The translations under genes and the position numbers were made by a program. A stretch of 41,681 nucleotides of DNA from an uncultured Gammaproteobacteria bacterium. GTDB taxonomy: Bacteria > Patescibacteriota > Patescibacteriia > JAGVFQ01. Positions 33,536-41,681 of this stretch are shown here, piece after piece. The notes under the pieces were generated by a model that did no database searches, had not been told where the DNA came from, and worked only from the letters and a program-made list of their open reading frames with translations. The stretch is taken from contig CAZFGO010000001.1 in the NCBI GenBank assembly GCA_964518525.1, forward strand, positions 21,971-63,651, in the 5' to 3' direction. The stretch's first letter is position 1, and each line of letters starts with the position of its first letter.

Positions 33536-35074
33536 CTAGATTTTATCTTTTAGAAATTTTAGGCCGGCCTTTTTTGAAGTGAGGCGACCAGCCAGCTGCT
33601 CTTCGCGGAGTAGGGCGAGAAGTTGGCCGATTTTTGGTCCTGGCTTGAGCTTGAAAGCAACCATGATTTCATCTCCGTTGAGGAGCGGTTTGGGCAGGCG
33701 GGCTCGTTCCTTGGTAATTGCTTTGAGGTCTTCGATCCTTTGCCAGATGCCTTTAAAATTTTCCAACTTGATCGGACCGCGGGCGGGAATAGTGGCCGAA
33801 ACATCAACAAAAGAGAGCATCAAGAGATTTTTGCCGGCCTGACTCAATTCGCCGGTTTCTCGATCAAAGAAATATTTTTCGATCGTACTGTTTCTCATGA
33901 TTCGAAAGTCGCCAGTAACTAAGATCATGTGATTAGCCACGAGCCAGTCGACACGTTCTGGTTTGATGCCGAAATTGGCCAGCACCAGACGTTTGGCTGT
34001 GGCGCCGGCGAGGGCGGCTCCAACCTCGGCGTGTTCATTAAATCTTATTCGATCCGTGCCATCCTTTTCCGGTGTTTTGATCGTGGCCGGCTTGCCTGAG
34101 TCATGATAGAGTACGGCGAAGACTAACTCCGGGCTAACAGCCCAATCCGGAAAGCGTTTTTTGAACGCCGTACTGCCGATAAGTTTGAGGGCTAAGCGGG
34201 TGTGGGCAAAAACATCGCCTTCGGAGTGGAATTCCGGCGGCTGGGGGCAACCCTTCATGGCCAGGAGTTCTGGCATCAGCTCGACCAGGGCTCCACTTTG
34301 GTCGTAGAGGTCTAAAGTTTTGGGCGGATCGGCCACTAAACTTTTGGCTAGCTCTTTGGCAATTGACTCGTAAGGAATTACGCGTTCGGTTTTGCCAGCG
34401 GTTTGGCGCTGAGCATTGATTCGCGGCATTAATTTTTTTAGAGCCGCCCAAGTTTTTTTATTAATTTCAAAGCCGAGCTGACAGGCAAAGCGAATCGCTC
34501 TGAGCATTCTCGAATAGTCTTCTCTAAATCTTTCTTCGGGCTGGCCCACGGCTCGGATTAATTTAGCCGTTAGGTCCTTAAGCCCGTCAAAGGGATCGAT
34601 CACTTGGCCAGTATCTAAATTTAGAGCCAGAGCATTGATAGTAAAATCTCGGCGGGCTAAATCATCTTCGATTGGCAATTCGGGATCAGACTGGACTTCG
34701 AAATCGCGATAGCCGCCAGTTCCTTCGGCGTGTTCTCGTCGGGGTAGAGCGATATCAATTGCCTCGCCGATGGTTGACCCTCGGGGCAGAAATTTAAAAA
34801 CGCCGAATTGTCGGCCGACCAGATTGACCGAACCAAATCGACTCAAAAATTTTTCTAATTTTTTGGCATCGATCCGCCGGACAACAAAATCGTAATCCTT
34901 ACTTTTTCTTTTAAGAAAAAGGTCGCGAACCAGGCCGCCAACCAGGTAAACCTCGGCCTGGTTAAATTCTCGTTTCAATTTTTCTAGAAATTTAAAATCA
35001 GGATTAATTTTTAGATCGACTAAAAATGATCCCAAAGAAGATGCTCGATTAGTTAAAGATTTTTTTCTCTCCAT
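33536..35074 (-). CDS. cca: CCA-adding tRNA nucleotidyltransferase / poly(A) polymerase family with HD domain
   Basis: VGGLVRD...DYDF, RRDFTINALA and the HD motif LYHDSGKP. Confidence 0.8.
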   Translation of the reverse strand: MERKKSLTNRASSLGSFLVDLKINPDFKFLEKLKREFNQAEVYLVGGLVRDLFLKRKSKDYDFVVRRIDAKKLEKFLSRFGSVNLVGRQFGVFKFLPRGSTIGEAIDIALPRREHAEGTGGYRDFEVQSDPELPIEDDLARRDFTINALALNLDTGQVIDPFDGLKDLTAKLIRAVGQPEERFREDYSRMLRAIRFACQLGFEINKKTWAALKKLMPRINAQRQTAGKTERVIPYESIAKELAKSLVADPPKTLDLYDQSGALVELMPELLAMKGCPQPPEFHSEGDVFAHTRLALKLIGSTAFKKRFPDWAVSPELVFAVLYHDSGKPATIKTPEKDGTDRIRFNEHAEVGAALAGATAKRLVLANFGIKPERVDWLVANHMILVTGDFRIMRNSTIEKYFFDRETGELSQAGKNLLMLSFVDVSATIPARGPIKLENFKGIWQRIEDLKAITKERARLPKPLLNGDEIMVAFKLKPGPKIGQLLALLREEQLAGRLTSKKAGLKFLKDKI

Positions 35075-35109
35075 TACTTCCGAGATAATTAATGGCCGCT
35101 AGGCCGAGA

Positions 35110-35457
35110 CTAAAGATTTAGGGCTTCTAATTTTTTTTCAATTTCTTGGCGCGTCGGATCTTTTTTGGGCAGTGTCCGATCAAGCCTTTCCCATTCCCGC
35201 AGAATTTTATTTTCGAGTAGTTCGCGTTCACTCGCCAAAGATTCTAGCTCTTTTTGATCGTAAGAAGTAACCGGCTGGAACTGTTCAATAGTTTCTTTTA
35301 ATTCTTGGTAGCGCCGGAGAAAGTCCAAGAGGTCATTGATTCGCTGCTGCCGTGACTTGGGATTAATCGTTTCTTGCTCGAGAGTAGTTAATTCCCAGGG
35401 CTCGTCAATCTCTTTTTCCGGTTTAATTTCCGGCGGTTGAGTTTCTTCAAAAGGCAT
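35110..35457 (-). CDS. Hypothetical acidic coiled-coil protein
   Basis: 115-aa ORF, Glu/Leu-rich, first gene of the cca-rluD-gmk string. I recognise no family. Confidence 0.45.
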   Translation of the reverse strand: MPFEETQPPEIKPEKEIDEPWELTTLEQETINPKSRQQRINDLLDFLRRYQELKETIEQFQPVTSYDQKELESLASERELLENKILREWERLDRTLPKKDPTRQEIEKKLEALNL

Positions 35458-35529
35458 AGATTAAAAGTTATTTATTAATTAGGGAGTTGATTTTATCATA
35501 GCTAATAATCATTTTCCCGGCAACCAAAA

Positions 35530-36567
35530 TTAGATGATCAGCATGGCATCGCCAAAAGAATAAAAGCGATATTTTCTTTTAATAGCTAAGCGATAAGCTC
35601 GGTCAATAAATTTTTTTCCGGCCAGAGCCGAGACGAGCAAGAGCAGAGTTGATCTAGGCAAGTGGAAATTGGTGATTAGGCCATCAACAAATTTGAAGCG
35701 ATAACCGGGATAGATGAATAAATTAGTTTGCCTCGCGGCTGGCCTAACCAATTTAACTGATTTTTTTCCCATAACTGGACGGGCGCAAGTTTCGAGTGTC
35801 TTGGCGCTAGTGGTGCCGACAGCAATAATTCGTCGACCCTTGGCTTTGGCCAGATTGAGGCGTCGACTGACCGCCGGTTTTAGTTCAAAATATTCCGGAT
35901 GCATCTCGTGTTGCCTTAAGTCTTTAATTTTAATTGGTTGGAAGGTTCCTAGGCCGACGTGAAGAGTGAGATATTTGATTTGAATTCCTTGTTTTTTGAT
36001 TTGATTCAAGAGTTGCCGAGTAAAGTGCAGACCGGCGGTTGGTGCAGCGACTGAACCAAATTTTTTAGCAAAAACAGTTTGGTATTCGGGGCGTCGGGCT
36101 AGGCGTTTGATGTAAGGAGGAGTTGGGGTCTGGCCGATCTCGAGAATTTTATGGAGTAAATTTTTTCCTCGAAGATTAAATTTAATCAGCGCTCGATCCG
36201 CGAGGCGTTTAGTGACGAGACCTTTGAGTCCGGCCCTAAAATTTATTTTTAGGCCGATTTGTTTCCGGATCGGCACCGACCCGACCAGACATTCCCAACT
36301 GTCAGATTTGATCTCGCGGAGTAAGAGGATTTCAACCTGGCCACCGGTTTCCTTACGGCCCCAGAGCCGGGCTGGCAGCACTTTGGAATCATTCAAAACC
36401 AAGATATCGCCAGCTCTGAGATAGCGGCCGAGATTGAAGAAGCGATCGTGTTTGATAGTTTTAGTTTTTCGGTTCAGAATCATCAAGCGACAGCGGTCTC
36501 TGGGCGAGCTTGGTTTTTGAGCGATTAAATTTTTGGGCAAAGGAAAATCAAAGTCAGAAAGTTTCAT
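35530..36567 (-). CDS. queA: S-adenosylmethionine:tRNA ribosyltransferase-isomerase
   Basis: MKLSDFDFPLPKNLIAQKP, AAPTAGLHFT, AVGTTS and FYSFGDAMLI. Confidence 0.92.
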   Translation of the reverse strand: MKLSDFDFPLPKNLIAQKPSSPRDRCRLMILNRKTKTIKHDRFFNLGRYLRAGDILVLNDSKVLPARLWGRKETGGQVEILLLREIKSDSWECLVGSVPIRKQIGLKINFRAGLKGLVTKRLADRALIKFNLRGKNLLHKILEIGQTPTPPYIKRLARRPEYQTVFAKKFGSVAAPTAGLHFTRQLLNQIKKQGIQIKYLTLHVGLGTFQPIKIKDLRQHEMHPEYFELKPAVSRRLNLAKAKGRRIIAVGTTSAKTLETCARPVMGKKSVKLVRPAARQTNLFIYPGYRFKFVDGLITNFHLPRSTLLLLVSALAGKKFIDRAYRLAIKRKYRFYSFGDAMLII

Positions 36568-36713
36568 AAGAGCTAAAATAGTTGATTAGTGATTGATAAT
36601 ATTATTCTACCGCTAAGAATAAGATTAGAATAGAATTGACTTGAAGCTTGATTTTAGATATGTTATATTTATCGCTTAACTCGAATTAACTCATCATTTT
36701 AGCCAAATTTATT

Positions 36714-38147
36714 ATGAAGAGTCGGCTGATAACTAAAGCGCAGTCAAATCAAAAGCCGTGGCTCAAAATCAATCGTTCGATTTATGATCAGGCGAGTTCG
36801 ACAGTTCCCAGATACGCTGCTCGGCCGGGTTTGAGTCGAGAAGTGGTAGAGGAAATTTCGCGCCAGAAAAATGAACCCGGGTGGCTGCTCGAAAAGAGGC
36901 TGGCAGCCTTGGAACTTTTTCAAAAAACACCACTGCCCAAGTGGGGTCCGGATCTTTCCAGCCTTGACCTAGATCGGATCATTTATTTTGTTAGGCCGGA
37001 TGCTGAGGAGAAAAAAGATTGGGCCGAGGTGCCGGAAGCAATCAGAAAAACTTTTGACCGATTAGGTATTCCCGAAGCCGAAAAAAAAGTTCTCGGCGGG
37101 GTGGGAGCTCAGTATGATTCAGAAGTAGTTTATCATAATTTGAAGAAAGACCTAGCTGCCCGGGGCGTGATTTTTGAAAATATGGACGCGGCGGTTCAGA
37201 AATATCCTGAGCTTGTGAGGAAATATTTTATGACTAGCTGCGTGCCGATCAATGATCATAAGTTTATCATGCTTCACGCGGCGGTCTGGAGCGGTGGCAC
37301 TTTTATTTATGTCCCGCCCGGGGTTAAAGTTGATCTACCCTTACAAGCCTACTTTCGGATGAACGCCGAACGGGGCGGTCAATTTGAACACACGCTGATC
37401 ATCGCCGATGTCGGTAGTGAGATTCAGTACATCGAGGGTTGTTCCGCGCCGCGATTCAATGTTAATTCACTGCACGCCGGCTGCGTGGAACTTTTTGTCC
37501 ATGAAGGCGCGCGGTTGCGTTACTCGAGCGTTGAAAACTGGAGTAAAAACACCTATAACCTCAATACCAAACGCGCCTTGGTTGATAAAAATGGAGTCAT
37601 GGAATGGGTTAACGGCAATTTTGGATCAATGATCACCATGCTTTATCCCTGTAGTATCCTGCGTGGCGAGGGCGCCCGGTCCGATAGTCTCGGCATCGCT
37701 TTTGCCGGTCCGGGTCAGAATCAGGATACGGGCTCGAAAGTTATTCACGCCGCGCCTCGGACCGCTTCAACCATTCGGTCCAAGAGCATCTCCCGCGGCG
37801 GTGGCGTCTCAACCTATCGCGGATCGGTTCGGGTTATGCCCGGCGCCGTGGGTAGTCGTTGCAGCGTGGTTTGCGATGCCTTAATTTTAGACTCGGAATC
37901 AATTTCCAACACTTATCCGGATATGAAAATTGATAACAGCCAGACCGAAATTGCTCACGAGGCCCGAGTGGGGAAGATCGGTGAAGAACAAATTTTTTAT
38001 TTAAAATCTCGGGGTTTATCCGAAGAGCAAGCTCTGCAGCTAGTGGTGAGCGGGTTTGTGGCCCCAATGGTAAAACAATTACCCCTAGAATACGCCGTGG
38101 AATTAAATAGATTGATTGCCCTCGAGATGGAAGGAGCGGTGGGTTAA
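36714..38147 (+). CDS. sufB: Fe-S cluster assembly scaffold protein SufB
   Basis: 477 aa. FEHTLIIA, EGCSAP, HEARVGKIGEEQIFYLKSRG. Confidence 0.92.
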   Translation: MKSRLITKAQSNQKPWLKINRSIYDQASSTVPRYAARPGLSREVVEEISRQKNEPGWLLEKRLAALELFQKTPLPKWGPDLSSLDLDRIIYFVRPDAEEKKDWAEVPEAIRKTFDRLGIPEAEKKVLGGVGAQYDSEVVYHNLKKDLAARGVIFENMDAAVQKYPELVRKYFMTSCVPINDHKFIMLHAAVWSGGTFIYVPPGVKVDLPLQAYFRMNAERGGQFEHTLIIADVGSEIQYIEGCSAPRFNVNSLHAGCVELFVHEGARLRYSSVENWSKNTYNLNTKRALVDKNGVMEWVNGNFGSMITMLYPCSILRGEGARSDSLGIAFAGPGQNQDTGSKVIHAAPRTASTIRSKSISRGGGVSTYRGSVRVMPGAVGSRCSVVCDALILDSESISNTYPDMKIDNSQTEIAHEARVGKIGEEQIFYLKSRGLSEEQALQLVVSGFVAPMVKQLPLEYAVELNRLIALEMEGAVG

Positions 38148-38148
38148 G

Positions 38149-39354
38149 ATGCTTAGCCGAGAAGCCATTATTAATCTCGCCGAGGCTCGAGCCGAGCCCA
38201 GCTGGCTTAGGAACCAGCGGCTCGAGGCCGCCGAGCTTTTTGATCGTTTGCCTGCGTCTAATTTCAAATCCGATCGAGCGGTTTATTCCGAAGTCGAACC
38301 CAGTGCCCTAGAAAAATTAATACCAACTCAAACTCGAGAATCAATCTTAATAACTTGTTCGGACCCGCGACCAAAGATTTTAGATTTTAGATCGGCCCTG
38401 AAGCAAGAGCATTGGTCCCGGTTGATCAAGCAACATTCGACTCAAGTATTAGAGAGCGCTAAGGAAGATAAATTTTCAGCCTTGGCTCTGGCCGGTTTTA
38501 ATCAAGGCACGCTGATCTATTTGCCTCCAGGTCAGAGTGTTCGAGCGCCGGTAGATATTAAGATCAAGCTAGGGGATCGCTTGAGGATCGATAATCTTTT
38601 GGTGGTGGTCGGATCGGGCAGTGAACTTAACTTGGTTGAAGAAGTGTCCGGCAGCGAAAAATTAAATACCAACTACTTTGGTTTGATTAATTTAATCCTC
38701 GAAGAAGGAGCCAAGGTGACTTATTCAACCCTAGGTTACTCGAATCCGAAAGCCAAGATTTTTTCCTTGAGAAGCGCTCAGGTTCAAAGTCGGGCACAAA
38801 TAAAATGGTTTGATTATTGGTCTCTGAACGCCCTGGTCCGATCAAATTGTTTAACCCAGCTAATTGGTTTGGGTGCTTCGGCTGAGCTGGCTGGAGTTTT
38901 CTTAGGCCGAGATCGCGAGCTTTATGATTTGGCCGTGAAGATCGGCCACCAAGCTCCTCAAACCAAAAGCCTACTTAAGATCCGCGGAGTGCTCGATGAT
39001 GAGGCCAAAGCGATTTATCGTGGTTTAGTGAAGATCGAACGCGAGGCTCGCGGCGCTGATGCCTTTCAATCAGTTGATACCCTGGTCTTAAGCGACCGGG
39101 CCGAAATGGATCCAATTCCAGCCTTAGAGATTAAAAATAATGAGGTGCGTTGCGGCCACGCGGCTACAGTTGGTCAGCTTGATCAAGAAAAATTATTTTA
39201 TTTGAGAAGCCGGGGGCTGGATCAAAGAGCTAGTTTGGCTCTGATGATTGAGGGATTCTTGAAGTCGGCGATTGATCTCGCTCCAACCAAAGAATTGCGG
39301 GAAAAGGTAAGTCGAGATGTTTTCAATAATTTTTATGGCCATAAATCCCGATAA
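38149..39354 (+). CDS. sufD: Fe-S cluster assembly protein SufD
   Basis: A SufB paralogue with HAATVGQLDQEKLFYLRSRG. I chose the ATG at 38149, 1 nt after the sufB stop, over the overlapping ATG at 38116. Confidence 0.85.
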   Translation: MLSREAIINLAEARAEPSWLRNQRLEAAELFDRLPASNFKSDRAVYSEVEPSALEKLIPTQTRESILITCSDPRPKILDFRSALKQEHWSRLIKQHSTQVLESAKEDKFSALALAGFNQGTLIYLPPGQSVRAPVDIKIKLGDRLRIDNLLVVVGSGSELNLVEEVSGSEKLNTNYFGLINLILEEGAKVTYSTLGYSNPKAKIFSLRSAQVQSRAQIKWFDYWSLNALVRSNCLTQLIGLGASAELAGVFLGRDRELYDLAVKIGHQAPQTKSLLKIRGVLDDEAKAIYRGLVKIEREARGADAFQSVDTLVLSDRAEMDPIPALEIKNNEVRCGHAATVGQLDQEKLFYLRSRGLDQRASLALMIEGFLKSAIDLAPTKELREKVSRDVFNNFYGHKSR

Positions 39355-40558
39355 AATTCGTCGCGATTTTCCAATTTTTGATCTCCAACCGGCTGGTCAG
39401 CCGCTGGTCTATCTTGATAATGCCGCGACTTCACTCGTGCCCCAGGCGGTGATTGAGGCGGTCACTGATTTTTATCGTCGTTATAAATCCAATGTTCATC
39501 GAGGAATCCATCGTCTGAGCGTTGAGGCAACCGAACGTTATGAAGCGGCTCGAGCCAAGATTGCCCGGCTGATCGGCGCTGATCCCGAAGAAATTATTTT
39601 TACCAGTGGTACGACTGAATCGCTTAATCTTCTGGCTAATATTTTGGCTAAGAATCTCAAGCCGGGTGATGAAATTGTCTTGACCCAATTAGAGCACCAT
39701 AGTAATCTTGTGCCCTGGCAGGTGGTGGCTCGACAAACCGGTAGTGTTTTGAAATTTATTAAGATCAACGAAGGAGGTCGACTTAATTTAGACCAGGCGC
39801 GGGAGGTGATTGGCTCAAAAACCAAACTGGTTTCTTTGACTCAGATGTCTAACGTCCTTGGGACTATCAACCAGGTTCGAGAGATTGCTGACCTGGCTCA
39901 TGAGCAAGGCGCTTTGGTAATTGTTGATGGGGCTCAGAGCGTGCCGCATTTTAGAGTGGAGGTTAAATCACTCCACTCAGACTTTCTCGCTTTCTCGGGT
40001 CATAAGATGCTTGGTCCCACTGGTATTGGCGTGCTTTACGGTAAGCGAGAGTTGTTAGATAAGTTTGAACCATTCAAATTTGGCGGCGGCATGATTTCGG
40101 AAGTTAGTTTCCTTAGTTCGGGTTGGGCGGAGTTGCCCTGGAAGTTTGAAGCCGGCACGCCCAACATTGCCGGCGCTATCGGCCTTGGCGCGGCGGTTGA
40201 TTATTTGGAGAGTCTAGGTTTTGATCAGATTCAAGAGCAAGAGGAAAAACTCGTCGGTTACACTCTGGAAAAACTTTCAGCTATTAAAGGAATTCAAATC
40301 TACGGTCCCAAGACCACTAAGGATCGAGGTGGTGTGATTGCTTTTAATGTTAAGGGTCTCCATCCGCATGATTTGGCCACTATTTTGGATCGGGATAATA
40401 TCGCTATTCGCACCGGCAATCATTGCGCCATGCCGCTTCACGGCGTGCTCGGCGCGGCGAGCACTTGTCGGCTGAGTCTTTATCTTTATAATAATCAAGC
40501 CGATATCGCGGCACTGGTCGCCGGTGTCATCAAAGCTAAAAAGATTTTTAGATTATGA
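39335..40558 (+). CDS. sufS: Cysteine desulfurase SufS (class V aminotransferase, group II)
   Basis: IRRDFPIF..VYLDNAATS, the SGHKMLGPTGIGVLY PLP-Lys region and RTGNHCA active-site Cys. The alternative start is 39317. Confidence 0.9.
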   Translation: MAINPDKIRRDFPIFDLQPAGQPLVYLDNAATSLVPQAVIEAVTDFYRRYKSNVHRGIHRLSVEATERYEAARAKIARLIGADPEEIIFTSGTTESLNLLANILAKNLKPGDEIVLTQLEHHSNLVPWQVVARQTGSVLKFIKINEGGRLNLDQAREVIGSKTKLVSLTQMSNVLGTINQVREIADLAHEQGALVIVDGAQSVPHFRVEVKSLHSDFLAFSGHKMLGPTGIGVLYGKRELLDKFEPFKFGGGMISEVSFLSSGWAELPWKFEAGTPNIAGAIGLGAAVDYLESLGFDQIQEQEEKLVGYTLEKLSAIKGIQIYGPKTTKDRGGVIAFNVKGLHPHDLATILDRDNIAIRTGNHCAMPLHGVLGAASTCRLSLYLYNNQADIAALVAGVIKAKKIFRL

Positions 40559-40944
40559 TTCTAGCCGAAGAGCTTTATCGAGAAAATATTCTTGACCATT
40601 ACCAGAATCCTCGCAATTACGGTCGCTTGACTGACTATTCTTTCCGGTACCAGGATTTTAATCCGCTCTGCGGTGATCAGATTGAAATTTTTGTTAAACT
40701 CTCGCCTCGAAATAGAATTGAGAAGATAAAATTTGAAGGCCAGGGCTGCGCCATTAGTCAGGCGGCGGCTTCGCTGTTGACCGCGGAAGTTAAAAAAAAG
40801 AGTTTGGCTGAGGTGCAGAAAATGGGTCAGGCTGAAGTCTTGGCTTGGCTCGGAGTGGCAGTGGGAGCCAGTCGTTTGAAATGCGCCCTGCTTAGTCTCC
40901 GAGCCCTGCAAAAGGGGATAATTAAATATCTAAAATCGAAATGA
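40555..40944 (+). CDS. sufU: SufU/IscU-like sulfur-transfer protein
   Basis: LDHYQNPRNYG, NPLCGD, GQGCAIS and RLKCALL (three conserved Cys residues). Confidence 0.88.
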   Translation: MILAEELYRENILDHYQNPRNYGRLTDYSFRYQDFNPLCGDQIEIFVKLSPRNRIEKIKFEGQGCAISQAAASLLTAEVKKKSLAEVQKMGQAEVLAWLGVAVGASRLKCALLSLRALQKGIIKYLKSK

Positions 40945-41678
40945 AAGATAATTTAAAAATCGAAAATTTGGGAGTGAAGGTGGAGGGAAAATTAATTGTC
41001 TCGGGAGTCAATTTAGAATTAAAAGCGGGCGAGGTGCAGGTATTGATGGGTCCTAACGGTAGCGGTAAGAGTACCCTAGCTAACGCGCTGATGGGTCATC
41101 CTAAGTATCAGATCGAATCTGGTCGTATCATCTTAGGCAGTAAGGATTTAACCAAACTTTCCTCAGACGAGCGGGCTCGGGCTGGTCTCTTTCTATCACT
41201 ACAGCATCCGCCAGAAATTAGTGGTGTGACAATTATGAATTTCTTGCGCTTGGCGCTGAACTCGATTTCCAAGAAAAAATACTCGGTTATCGAGTTCGAC
41301 CGGCTCTTGCGAGCCAAAATGGCTGAGCTCAAAATTGATTATGGTTTTGCCGGTCGTTATCTGAATGAAGGATTTTCCGGCGGCGAAAAGAAAAAGTCCG
41401 AGATTCTTCAATTGGCTATACTGGAGCCAAAGTTTGCTATCTTAGATGAGACTGATTCTGGGCTTGATGTCGATGCCTTAAAAATCGTCATCGCTGGCAT
41501 TAAGAAACTAATTTCTCCTAAACGAGGGTTCTTGATCATCACGCACAATTATAAAATTTTGAAATATCTCACGCCGGACCGAGTCCACGTTATGATCGGC
41601 GGCCGGATTGTTAAGTCCGGCGGAGCGGATTTGGCTCGGCGGGTTGAAAAAAGTGGTTATGGTTTTTTGGAGAAATAG
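40941..41678 (+). CDS. sufC: Fe-S cluster assembly ATPase SufC
   Basis: GPNGSGKSTL, FSGGEKKKSEILQL and ILDETDSGLDVDAL. Confidence 0.92.
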   Translation: MKDNLKIENLGVKVEGKLIVSGVNLELKAGEVQVLMGPNGSGKSTLANALMGHPKYQIESGRIILGSKDLTKLSSDERARAGLFLSLQHPPEISGVTIMNFLRLALNSISKKKYSVIEFDRLLRAKMAELKIDYGFAGRYLNEGFSGGEKKKSEILQLAILEPKFAILDETDSGLDVDALKIVIAGIKKLISPKRGFLIITHNYKILKYLTPDRVHVMIGGRIVKSGGADLARRVEKSGYGFLEK

Positions 41679-41681
41679 TTA

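Noticed and set aside
38116-38148. Longer sufD start at 38116, overlapping sufB by 32 nt.
   Set aside because: The ATG at 38149 sits 1 nt after the sufB stop, with a GGAGCGGTGGG purine-rich stretch upstream. It also gives an N-terminus (MLSREAI...) without the odd MPSRWKERWVK extension.
1-41681. Alternative genetic code (UGA recoding), CRISPR arrays, rRNA genes, prophage or known defence-system genes.
   Set aside because: TGA terminates well-supported ORFs, for example femAB at 4590-4592. No spaced direct-repeat array or rRNA-like sequence was seen. All large ORFs are accounted for by housekeeping, envelope or metabolic families.

Overview
This 41.7-kb window is a gene-dense, streamlined bacterial chromosome segment. 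It uses the standard genetic code: TAA, TAG and TGA all end good ORFs. By gene content it most resembles a Patescibacteria/CPR-type organism, but that is inference only. All calls rest on motifs I recognise in the translated ORFs and on hand-read DNA structure; no searches were run.

Gene content, left to right:
- Housekeeping genes on the plus strand: ileS (3' part), a NIF3-like gene and ruvA.
- A solitary HUH/Y1 (RAYT/IS200-like) transposase-like gene.
- A cell-wall module: FemAB-family transferase, an APH/ThrB2-like kinase and a sugar-phosphate nucleotidyltransferase.
- A roughly 10-kb minus-strand envelope-glycan block: priming sugar transferase, three GT4 glycosyltransferases, a DUF4012 protein and a DUF11-like repeat surface protein. 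RNase P RNA lies directly upstream of it.
- trpS, a small Zn-ribbon ORF, rnj, a decayed SDR pseudogene, a peroxiredoxin and tRNA-Leu(CAG).
- An orphan peptide-binding protein, secG and a DsbA-like protein with a CPHS site.
- A visibly more G+C-rich segment at about 24.5-28.4 kb. It holds an orphan 211-aa gene, a fused LeuC-LeuD-type aconitase-family hydratase and a divergent isopropylmalate/isocitrate-dehydrogenase-family gene.
- uvrA, then rplS, gmk, rluD-type, cca and queA on the minus strand, then sufB-sufD-sufS-sufU-sufC.

Most interesting non-obvious signals:
1. A three-helix attenuator/riboswitch-like leader between rnj and the Zn-ribbon ORF.
2. In-frame palindromic insertions inside ileS and inside the HUH transposase-like gene.
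3. The G+C-rich orphan hydratase/dehydrogenase pair with two perfect palindromic operators.
4. A consensus-promoter-driven orphan gene.
5. Apparent leaderless starts for trpS and the DsbA-like gene.

No CRISPR array, rRNA gene or recognisable defence system was seen.
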